From: Balanoglossus misakiensis
Taxonomy: Eukaryota; Animalia; Hemichordata
DNA: 64,000 bases
Direction of reading: 5' to 3'
NCBI GenBank assembly: GCA_040954595.2
Contig: CM082584.2
Span: 544,281-608,280, forward strand
The notes beneath the pieces are model-generated. The model made no database searches. It had not been told where the DNA came from and saw nothing but the letters and a program-made list of their open reading frames with translations. Of the stretch, positions 52,701 to 64,000 are shown piece by piece (position 1 is the stretch's first letter; each line of letters opens with the position of its first letter). Position numbers and translations under genes: made by a program.

Positions 52701-55700
52701 TAGAGTGTCGGGTCTTTTGCAGAGCCAGGCCGAAGAAAATCCGACTTGATCACCGTTGCTAACGAACGCTAGTGTCTGTCATGGTGTGCCGGGGTTTTAG
52801 TCGAGCCAGGCCGTAGGAGATCTGACTTGATCATCGTGGTCAATGTACGCGTGTTTCCGCTCTAAAGTGCCGGGGCTTCAGCTAAACCAGGCCGTAGGAA
52901 ATCCGACGTAATCACCGTTGATAACTTACGCCAGTCTGTGTCATATAGAGCCGGTGCACCAGCCGAGTCACGCCGTAGGAAATCTGACTTGATCAACGTG
53001 GTCAATGTACGCCTGTTTCTGCTCTAGAGTGCCGGGGCTTCAGCTGAGCCATGCCGTAGGAAATCTGACTTGATCAACGTTGCTAACGAACGCTAGTGTC
53101 TGTCATAGTGTGCCGGGGTTTTAGTCGAGCCAAGCCGTAGGAGATCAGACTTGATCAACGTGGTCTCTGTACGCGTGTTTCTGCTCTAGAGTGCCGGGGC
53201 TTTATCCAACCCATGCCGTTGAAAATCTGACTTGATCACCGTTGCTAACGTACGCTAGTGTCTGTCATATTGTGACGAGATTTAGCCGTGCCAGGCCGTA
53301 GAAAAATCGACTTGTTCAACGTTATCAGTGTGCAACTGTTTCTGCTCTAGAGTGTCAGGGTTTTAGCCGACTTATGCTGTAGGAAATCTGAGTTGATAAA
53401 CGGGAATTCAATGTTAGAAAACCCGTGTGGAAAGTATCTCTACCCGTTTGAAACTAAGAAAAGAATTTATTCTTATTTATTTTGTAAAAAAGACAATTTT
53501 TCGAAAACAAGTCGAAAATGGTAATTTTGTCTTGGGTGATTCAAATTATACCGCCTTTTCTGGAATTTGCAGCACTTTTTACAAGAGAACGACACTTCAT
53601 GCTCCATAATATTTCCGAAAATGAAGAAAAGAGTTAATTTTTTATGATTTTTTAAAAATTTACCATTTTTGTCAAAATATGGCCAAAATGGCTATTTTTT
53701 CTTGAATTCCGTCAATATCTCTGCATTTTTGGAGTGGTCGAAAGTTTTAACATACAATCAACATGTCATATATGATCAGGGCACCAAATTCGAAGATAAA
53801 AGGTTTTTTTATTTTTTTTTTCTAAAAATGACATTTTCAAGGAAAATTTTGTAAAACGCAATTTTGTCTGCAGTGAGCCAAATTAGACGGTCTTTTGTGG
53901 AATTTGTATCGATATATACGTACGAAGAGCATTCTATACTCCATCAGATTTCCGAAAATGTAGAAAACAGGTATTTTTTGTAATTTTCAAAAATTTACCA
54001 TTTTGACCAAATTGTGGCTAAAATTGTTATTTTCGTGTTGAATGCCGCCAGTGTCACTGCTTTTAAAAGTCATAAAAACTTTTAACATACAAGCAATTGT
54101 TTATATATGATCAGGTCACCGAATTAAAAAAATAAAGAATGTTTTGCCTAAAAATGACCTTTTTGGTGCAAAAACGAATAAAACGCAATTTTGCATTAAA
54201 TCAGCTCATTCAGAGTGCATTTTTATAATCAGCACCATTTTTACATATAATGGAAATGTCATACATCATCAGATATCCAAATATGAAAAGATGATTTACA
54301 TTTTAGATGATTGTCCAAAATTAGCTGATATCTGATAAATGTAGTATTTAACCGTTCTGTCCCCCCCCCCCTACATTATATGCGGTACGCTGATGTCAGC
54401 TTACCCGGCAGTACTGCAGGCCGTGCCCCCAACTAACGTCGGTGTTTGAAACGCCCTGGTTAAATTCGGGCTTTCTCTATAAATTGACAGGCAATAATGC
54501 AGTCCTACCGGAACAAATGTCGAGTGTTGACCCGCTGTGACTTTCCCTGTTCGGTTTGCCCGACTTAGCCAACGTCTTTGTACTAGAGTGTCGGGTCTTT
54601 TACAGAGCCAGGCCGAAGGAAATCCGACTTGATCACCGTTGCTAACGAACGCTAGTGTCTGTCATGGTGTGCCGGGGTTTTAGTCGAACCAGGCCGTAGG
54701 AGATCTGACTTGATCATCGTGGTCAATGTACGCGTGTTTCCGCTCTAAAGTGCCGGGGCTTCAGCTAAACCAGGCCGTAGGAAATCCGACGTAATCACCG
54801 TTGATAACTTACGCCAGTCTGTGTCATATAGAGCCGGTGCACCAGCCGAGTCACGCCGTAGGAAATCTGACTTGATCAACGTGGTCAATGTACGCCTGTT
54901 TCTGCTCTAGAGTGCCGGGGCTTCAGCTGAGCCAGGCCGTAGGAAACCCGACGTGATTACCGTTGTTAACTTACGCCAGTCTGTGTCCTATATATAGTGC
55001 CGGGGCATCAGCCGTGCCAGGCCGAAGGAAATGTGAGTTGATCAACGTGGTCTCTGTACGCGTGTTTCTGCTCTAGAGTGTCAGGGCTTTAGCAAAGCCA
55101 TGCCGTAGGAAATCTGACTTGATCAACGTTGCTAACGAACGCTAGTGTCTGTCATAGTGTGCCGGGGTTTTAGTCGAGCCAAGCCGTAGGAGATCAGACT
55201 TGATCAACGTGGTCTCTGTACGCGTGTTTCTGCTCTAGAGTGCCGGGGCTTTATCCAACCCATGCCGTTGAAAATCTGACTTGATCACCGTTGCTAACGT
55301 ACGATAGTGTCTGTCATATTGTGACGGAGATTTAGCCGAGCCAGGCCGTAGAAAAATCGACTTGTTCAACGTTACCAGTGTGCAACTGTTTCTGCTCTAA
55401 AGTCTCAGGGTTTTAGCCGACTAATGCTGTAGGAAATCTGAGTTGATGAACGGGAATTCAATGTTAGAAAACCCGTGTGGAAAGTATCTCTACCCGTTTG
55501 AATCTAAGAAAAGAATTAATTCTTATTTATTTTGTAAAAAAGACAATTTTTCGAAAAAAAGTCGAAAATGGTAATTTTGTCTTGGGTGATTCAAATTATA
55601 CCGCCTTTTCTGGAATTTGCAGCACTTTTTACAAGAGAACGACACTTCATGCTCCATAATATTTCCGAAAATGAAGAAAAGAGTTAATATTTTATGATTT

Positions 55701-58700
55701 TTTAAAAATTTACCATTTTTGTCAAAATATGGCCAAAATGGCTATTTTTTCTTGAATTCCGTCAATATCTCTGCATTTTTGGAGTGGTCGAAAGTTTTAA
55801 CATACAATCAACATGTCATATATGATCAGGGCACCAAATTCGAAGATAAAAGGTTTTTTTATTTTTTTTTCTAAAAATGACATTTTCAAGGAAAATTTTG
55901 TAAAACGCAATTTTGTCTGCAGTGAGCCAAATTAGACGGTCTTTTGTGGAATTTGTATCGATATATACGTACGAAGAGCATTCTATACTCCATCAGATTT
56001 CCGAAAATGTAGAAAACAGGTATTTTTTGTAATTTTCAAAAATTTACCATTTTGACCAAATTGTGGCTAAAATTGTTATTTTCGTGTTGAATGCCGCCAG
56101 TGTCACTGCTTTTAAAAGTCATAAAAATTTTTAACATACAAGCAATTGTTTATATATGATCAGGTCACCGAATTAAAAAAATAAAGAATGTTTTGCCTAA
56201 AAATGACCTTTTTGGTGCAAAAACGAATAAAACGCAATTTTGCATTAAATCAGCTCATTCAGAGTGCATTTTTATAATCAGCACCATTTTTACATATAAT
56301 GGAAATGTCATACATCATCAGATATCCAAATATGAAAAGATGATTTACATTTTAGATGATTGTCCAAAATTAGCTGATATCTGATAAATGTAGTATTTAA
56401 CCGTTCTGTCCCCCCCCCCCCCCCTACATTATATGCGGTACGCTGATGTCAGCTTACCCGGCAGTACTGCAGGCCGTGCCCCCAACTAACGTCGGTGTTT
56501 GAAACGCCCTGGTTAAATTCGGGCTTTCTCTATAAATTGACAGGCAATAATGCAGTCCTACCGGAACAAATGTCGAGTGTTGACCCGCTGTGACTTTCCC
56601 TGTTCGGTTTGCCCGACTTAGCCAACGTCTTTGTACTAGAGTGTCGGGTCTTTTACAGAGCCAGGCCGAAGGAAATCCGACTTGATCACCGTTGCTAACG
56701 AACGCTAGTGTCTGTCATGGTGTGCCGGGGTTTTAGTCGAACCAGGCCGTAGGAGATCTGACTTGATCATCGTGGTCAATGTACGCGTGTTTCCGCTCTA
56801 AAGTGCCGGGGCTTCAGCTAAACCAGGCCGTAGGAAATCCGACGTAATCACCGTTGATAACTTACGCCAGTCTGTGTCATATAGAGCCGGTGCACCAGCC
56901 GAGTCACGCCGTAGGAAATCTGACTTGATCAACGTGGTCAATGTACGCCTGTTTCTGCTCTAGAGTGCCGGGGCTTCAGCTGAGCCAGGCCGTAGGAAAC
57001 CCGACGTGATTACCGTTGTTAACTTACGCCAGTCTGTGTCCTATATATAGTGCCGGGGCATCAGCCGTGCCAGGCCGAAGGAAATGTGAGTTGATCAACG
57101 TGGTCTCTGTACGCGTGTTTCTGCTCTAGAGTGTCAGGGCTTTAGCAAAGCCATGCCGTAGGAAATCTGACTTGATCAACGTTGCTAACGAACGCTAGTG
57201 TCTGTCATAGTGTGCCGGGGTTTTAGTCGAGCCAAGCCGTAGGAGATCAGACTTGATCAACGTGGTCTCTGTACGCGTGTTTCTGCTCTAGAGTGCCGGG
57301 GCTTTATCCAACCCATGCCGTTGAAAATCTGACTTGATCACCGTTGCTAACGTACGATAGTGTCTGTCATATTGTGACGGAGATTTAGCCGAGCCAGGCC
57401 GTAGAAAAATCGACTTGTTCAACGTTACCAGTGTGCAACTGTTTCTGCTCTAAAGTCTCAGGGTTTTAGCCGACTAATGCTGTAGGAAATCTGAGTTGAT
57501 GAACGGGAATTCAATGTTAGAAAACCCATGTGGAAAGTATCTCTACCCGTTTGAATCTAAGAAAAGAATTAATTCTTATTTATTTTGTAAAAAAGACAAT
57601 TTTTCGAAAAAAAGTCGAAAATGGTAATTTTGTCTTGGGTGATTCAAATTATACCGCCTTTTCTGGAATTTGCAGCACTTTTTACAAGAGAACGACACTT
57701 CATGCTCCATAATATTTCCGAAAATGAAGAAAAGAGTTAATATTTTATGATTTTTTAAAAATTTACCATTTTTGTCAAAATATGGCCAAAATGGCTATTT
57801 TTTCTTGAATTCCGTCAATATCTCTGCATTTTTGGAGTGGTCGAAAGTTTTAACATACAATCAACATGTCATATATGATCAGGGCACCAAATTCGAAGAT
57901 AAAAGGTTTTTTTATTTTTTTTTCTAAAAATGACATTTTCAAGGAAAATTTTGTAAAACGCAATTTTGTCTGCAGTGAGCCAAATTAGACGGTCTTTTGT
58001 GGAATTTGTATCGATATATACGTACGAAGAGCATTCTATACTCCATCAGATTTCCGAAAATGTAGAAAACAGGTATTTTTTGTAATTTTCAAAAATTTAC
58101 CATTTTGACCAAATTGTGGCTAAAATTGTTATTTTCGTGTTGAATGCCGCCAGTGTCACTGCTTTTAAAAGTCATAAAAATTTTTAACATACAAGCAATT
58201 GTTTATATATGATCAGGTCACCGAATTAAAAAAATAAAGAATGTTTTGCCTAAAAATGACCTTTTTGGTGCAAAAACGAATAAAACGCAATTTTGCATTA
58301 AATCAGCTCATTCAGAGTGCATTTTTATAATCAGCACCATTTTTACATATAATGGAAATGTCATACATCATCAGATATCCAAATATGAAAAGATGATTTA
58401 CATTTTAGATGATTGTCCAAAATTAGCTGATATCTGATAAATGTAGTATTTAACCGTTCTGTTCCCCCCCCCCTACATTATATGCGGTACGCTGATGTCA
58501 GCTTACCCGGCAGTACTGCAGGCCGTGCCCCCAACTAACGTCGGTGTTTGAAACGCCCTGGTTAAATTTGGGCTTTCTCTATAAATTGACAGGCAATAAT
58601 GCAGTCCTACCGGAACAAATGTCGAGTGTTGACCCGCTGTGACTTTCCCTGTTCGGTTTGCCCGACTTAGCCAACGTCTTTGTATTAGAGTGTCGGGTCT

Positions 58701-60685
58701 TTTACAGAGCCAGGCCGAAGGAAATCCGACTTGATCACCGTTGCTAACGAACGCTAGTGTCTGTCATGGTGTGCCGGGGTTTTAGTCGAACCAGGCCGTA
58801 GGAGATCTGACTTGATCATCGTGGTCAATGTACGCGTGTTTCCGCTCTAAAGTGCCGGGGCTTCAGCTAAACCAGGCCGTAGGAAATCCGACGTAATCAC
58901 CGTTGATAACTTACGCCAGTCTGTGTCATATAGAGCCGGTGCACCAGCCGAGTCACGCCGTAGGAAATCTGACTTGATCAACGTGGTCAATGTACGCCTG
59001 TTTCTGCTCTAGAGTGCCGGGGCTTCAGCTGAGCCAGGCCGTAGGAAACCCGACGTGATTACCGTTGTTAACTTACGCCAGTCTGTGTCCTATATATAGT
59101 GCCGGGGCATCAGCCGTGCCAGGCCGAAGGAAATGTGAGTTGATCAACGTGGTCTCTGTACGCGTGTTTCTGCTCTAGAGTGTCAGGGCTTTAGCAAAGC
59201 CATGCCGTAGGAAATCTGACTTGATCAACGTTGCTAACGAACGCTAGTGTCTGTCATAGTGTGCCGGGGTTTTAGTCGAGCCAAGCCGTAGGAGATCAGA
59301 CTTGATCAACGTGGTCTCTGTACGCGTGTTTCTGCTCTAGAGTGCCGGGGCTTTATCCAACCCATGCCGTTGAAAATCTGACTTGATCACCGTTGCTAAC
59401 GTACGATAGTGTCTGTCATATTGTGACGGAGATTTAGCCGAGCCAGGCCGTAGAAAAATCGACTTGTTCAACGTTACCAGTGTGCAACTGTTTCTGCTCT
59501 AAAGTCTCAGGGTTTTAGCCGACTAATGCTGTAGGAAATCTGAGTTGATGAACGGGAATTCAATGTTAGAAAACCCGTGTGGAAAGTATCTCTACCCGTT
59601 TGAATCTAAGAAAAGAATTAATTCTTATTTATTTTGTAAAAAAGACAATTTTTCGAAAAAAAGTCGAAAATGGTAATTTTGTCTTGGGTGATTCAAATCA
59701 TACCGCCTTTTCTGGAATTTGCAGCACTTTTTACAAGAGAACGACACTTCATGCTCCATAATATTTCCGAAAATGAAGAAAAGAGTTAATATTTTATGAT
59801 TTTTTAAAAATTTACCATTTTTGTCAAAATATGGCCAAAATGGCTATTTTTTCTTGAATTCCGTCAATATCTCTGCATTTTTGGAAAGTTTTAACATACA
59901 ATCAACATGTCATATATGATCAGGGCACCAAATTCGAAGATAAAAGGTTTTTTTATTTTTTTTTTCTAAAAATGACATTTTCAAGGAAAATTTTGTAAAA
60001 CGCAATTTTGTCTGCAGTGAGCCAAATTAGACGGTCTTTTGTGGAATTTGTATCGATATATACATACGAAGAGCATTCTATACTCCATCAGATTTCCGAA
60101 AATGTAGAAAACAGGTATTTTTTGTAATTTTCAAAAATTTACCATTTTGACCAAATTGTGGCTAAAATTGTTATTTTCGTGTTGAATGCCGCCAGTGTCA
60201 CTGCTTTTAAAAGTCATAAAAACTTTTAACATACAAGCAATTGTTTATATATGATCAGGTCACCGAATTAAAAAAATAAAGAATGTTTTGCCTAAAAATG
60301 ACCTTTTTGGTGCAAAAACGAATAAAACGCAATTTTGCATTAAATCAGCTCATTCAGAGTGCATTTTTATAATCAGCACCATTTTTACATATAATGGAAA
60401 TGTCATACATCATCAGATATCCAAATATGAAAAGATGATTTACATTTTAGATGATTGTCCAAAATTAGCTGATATCTGATAAATGTAGTATTTAACCGTT
60501 CTGTTCCCCCCCCCCTACATTATATGCGGTACGCTGATGTCAGCTTACCCGGCAGTACTGCAGGCCGTGCCCCCAACTAACGTCGGTGTTTGAAACGCCC
60601 TGGTTAAATTTGGGCTTTCTCTATAAATTGACAGGCAATAATGCAGTCCTACCGGAACAAATGTCGAGTGTTGACCCGCTGTGAC
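43762..60685 (+). repeat. Compound tandem repeat, segment 6 (~8.4 units, + orientation; right arm of large palindrome)
   Basis: Landmarks at ~45553, 47608, 49657, 51543, 53427, 55477, 57530, 59579 (periods ~2050; two ~1885). Confidence 0.96.
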
Positions 60686-63600
60686 TTTTTTTTTTTTTTT
60701 TTTTTTAATACTTTTTATTGGGAACACAAACAGTCATTTTGATACATAAGTAGATTTAAAAAAAAAAAAAAAAAAAAAATTGACAATTATTTTTTGGAAG
60801 CATAACTTAATGGAAAGAAGAGAAAAACAAAAACAATCTGGTATTCTCAGTTTGTTATATACCTCATAAGTGATGACCATTTTTTAAGATGAAAATACAT
60901 TTTATGATTTGCAGTTGCAATCTTAAGTTCAATTTCATGTATGTTTTTGAGCTGAACAATAAACCCAGTGATATTCGGAATTCGATTATTTAATTTACAG
61001 TAGTAAATGTACATTCTAACTTGCATTGCTATAAAATTGACTATAAAAGTCTCGTTTGGGTCACCCAAAACCATACATAACACTGATGGTGGTTTTTTCA
61101 ATTTAAGAGGGATACCCAACGTAAACAGTAGGTCCCTCCAGAGAGCAGTAGTACAATTGCAACTATGAAATAAATGGTCGATGGACTCTGTTTCCACTTT
61201 ACATAAATCACAAAGAGCAGTTGGAAATTTCTGTGGATTGTACCTGTTTAGCTGTTTGTTTGTATACAAAATATTGTGAAGTAATTTAAATTGAAAAGCT
61301 CTAGCCTTACAATGTATTGATAACTTGTAAGTGAAGTCATACATTTTTTCCCAGTTTAGATTAAATATATTCAACATTTTTTCCAGTGTTGCTTGACTTT
61401 TTGGAGTCTCTATAATACGGTCGTTCAAATTACATTTCAAACTCTTTTTCGTTAAAGTGTCTAAATTACAGATTGTGCCATTCAATGAAATACAAAGCTT
61501 ATGTACACTATGTGCTTTGGTACAATTTTTTAACTTGTTTGGAACAGAAAGTGTCAATCCTAACCACTTCAATTTCTGATTTAAATTCAGGCCTTTCTGC
61601 TCAAATACAGACCATGATACTCTATTAAAACCCGTAAACATGTCAGGGATGAAATTAAAGCCAGCGTCAGAAAAAGCCTTATAAAATACCGACTTTCCTC
61701 CAACGAGGACGTTTCTGTTGTTCCAAATCACCTGGTCTGTAGTATTTGGAATTATGTTGATTTCTGACCATGTGACAAGACAATTATTTATAAAACTGGA
61801 AACTTGGACAGGCAAAAGATTGGTGCGGAAGTTACATTTAAAAAGTAATTTTCCACCGACTTTCTCTAAACTGTGTAAGACAATGTGTTTCCAAGGGTGT
61901 TTACATTCCTCATTCAACAGGCGTTTAATCAGTAATACTTGCTTTGTTTTTATCATCACATCTAAATTGGGCATTTTTAAGCCTCCTTGGCCCACCTCCC
62001 CTATCATTACATTCCTGCGAACCCGGTCTTGTCCATTCCAGAGAAAATTATAAATTAACTTATGAACCCGACCTATTACTTCATTAGGAAAAATTACATG
62101 TGTAAGCACATATGTTAATTTGGAAATTGCCAATGACTTAATAACTTGAACTTTCCCAATGATGGTCAAATTCCTAGTTTTCCACATATTGAGGACCTTT
62201 TTTAGATTTTCGACTGGGGTAACAATATTTTTTTCCTGGGCAATTTTTTCATTATAAGAAAAATGAATCCCCACAATCTTGATAGTAGGGGTGGGCCACT
62301 TTACCCCGAACGCCTCATCTTTTCGAAGTCTCCATTTCCCAAGCCAAACAGCTTCTGTCTTATCTTTGTTGACTTTCAAACCAGAAGCATTATAAAAGGA
62401 AGTTAACATTTCAAAAACAATTCTTACAGAGTTTTCATTTGATAAAAAACAGGTCATATCGTCGGCGAACGCCGACTCCTTAATTTCAACACTGCCAATA
62501 TTGATACCACTAATTTGCCGGTTATTTCTTATTGAATGCAAGAGTGTTTCTAAAACCAGAATAAATAACATAGGTGACAAAGGGTCGCCTTGGCGCACTC
62601 CCTTCTCAAGCTTAAAATAGCCAGTCCCAAACCCATTGTTCATTACAGTGCTTTCAATGTTAAAATATAAGGCTTTAACCCAGTTGATGAAGGACACTCC
62701 AAAATTAAAGGATGACAATGTATTGTAGAGATAATCCCAACTTACAGTGTCAAAAGCTTTTTCGAAATCTATGGCTAATAAAATTGCTGGAATATCAGCA
62801 TTACAGGTGTGATGAAAAATCTCATCTATCAAACGGATATAATCACCAATGTTTCTCCCCCGGACAAAGGCCGCTTGGGAGTCACCAATTAAGCAGGGCA
62901 AAACTTTCTCAATACGTTTAACAAGGCATTTTGAAGCAAGCTTCATGTCAACATTCATAAGGGAGATTGGTCTCCAATTTTTCAGATAGAGTTGATCCTT
63001 CCCAGGTTTATCAATCAGAGTTATGACACTCTGTTTCTGTGAATTTGAAAATTCCCCCGTTCTGTAACCATAATTGAGAGAATTCAAAACTAAATTCCCC
63101 ACCTGTGGCCAAAACGCCACGTAAAATTCTTTTGTAAGGCCATCATTGCCGGGGCTTTTGTTGTCTGGAAGGGAGAGAAGAACAGAGAAAACTTCCCCAG
63201 GGTCAAAGGACCCTCACACAAAACTTTATCATTCTCTGACAACATTGGTAAATTTGCATCCAGGAAATAATGCACATCGTTGGAGTTTGTGGCGCACCTT
63301 GAGTAAAGCTTGGCATAAAACTGCTTAATTTCACACAAAATATTCTTTGGGTTGTCTATAATTGTATACTCATCTTTCTTCAAATTGCTGATACTCGAGT
63401 TGCGTTTATTTACCTTTTCCAAACCTAAAAAGAACTTGTTACATTTTTCACCTTTCTCGTACCAATTAATCCTGGATCTTACGACCGCTCCTTCTGTAAT
63501 ATAATCATAAACTTTCTCCAAATCACTCTTTGCTGACTCGAGCATCTCGTAATTTTGCACTGTAGGATGATTAGAACAAAGACCCTCAAGAAAATTCACC

Positions 63601-64000
63601 GACAGTTCAAGATTCTGTAAATTCTGTCTACGTTTTTTCGCCACTGTTTTGCTGTAGTCAATCACAAAACCTCTAATCTTAAATTTTATGAAGTCCCAAC
63701 GAACCCCATCATTTAACCTAGTGGATTCACTAATCCACTCGTCAATATTATCGTGCAGAATGGTTTTTAAAGTACTGTCGTAAATTAAACTAGAATTAAA
63801 CTTCCAGTAGCCAGGACCCCGCTCGTTTTGGCAAGATTTATACACCAAAGAGACAGCTGAATGGTCGGAATCCACTCCAGGAATAATCTGAACGCTACTG
63901 ATTTGTTGCTGTAAATCGCTAGAAATGAAAAAATAATCAAGTCTACTCTGAGTGATATAAGGCCTGCGCCTTCTCCAGGTAAAACCTCTCTTTTCTTCAT
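60686..64000 (-). mobile_element. Second, inverted copy of the Tx1 LINE (3' 3.3 kb; runs off the window)
   Basis: Near-identical reverse complement of ~26288-29609 with the same 3' junction. Confidence 0.96.
60847..64000 (-). pseudogene. Tx1 ORF2 copy 2 with 1-bp deletion at ~63200 (real or consensus error)
   Basis: ORFs 63090-63875 and 60847-63120; C4 run at 27086-27089 corresponds to G3 at 63200-63202. Confidence 0.8.

Noticed and set aside
654-60479. Recurrent 60-97 aa ORFs (MESISTRLK.., MSKYGQNG.., MPKND../MFCLKM..) in each unit
   Set aside because: Chance ORFs in AT-rich satellite; mostly non-ATG starts, frames shift freely between copies with homopolymer length, no recognisable domain
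60686-64000. Second Tx1 copy as independent proof of target-site specificity
   Set aside because: Flanking unit shares the private 8-bp deletion with copy 1, so duplication is the simpler explanation; the 5' junction lies outside the window

Overview
Eukaryotic (probably animal) heterochromatin-like window with no host genes. About 46 kb is a compound tandem repeat with a ~2.05-kb unit (~23 copies). Each unit has ~10-11 GC-rich 81-bp monomers alternating A/B (162-bp dimer), an AT-rich block of ~2.7 diverged ~330-bp subrepeats, and a ~220-bp unique linker with a poly-C/G tract. The array is interrupted by two truncated BEL/Pao LTR retrotransposons, a near full-length CR1/L2-group LINE (PHD-SGNH esterase-zinc knuckle ORF1; APE-RT ORF2) and an L1/Tx1 LINE with intact ORF2 and a 14-17 bp TSD. 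The array flips orientation twice (across 2.8-5.75 kb and at ~43.76 kb). Both flips are inverted duplications whose arms share private variants; the second includes a mirrored Tx1 insertion and forms a >=35-kb imperfect palindrome. Several junctions show microhomology or templated insertions. All four independent TE insertions have the same polarity relative to the repeat unit. The 43.76-kb junction adjoins a stretch rich in 1-bp indels, so it needs read-level validation. Strand labels for the satellite are arbitrary (+ = orientation at position 1).
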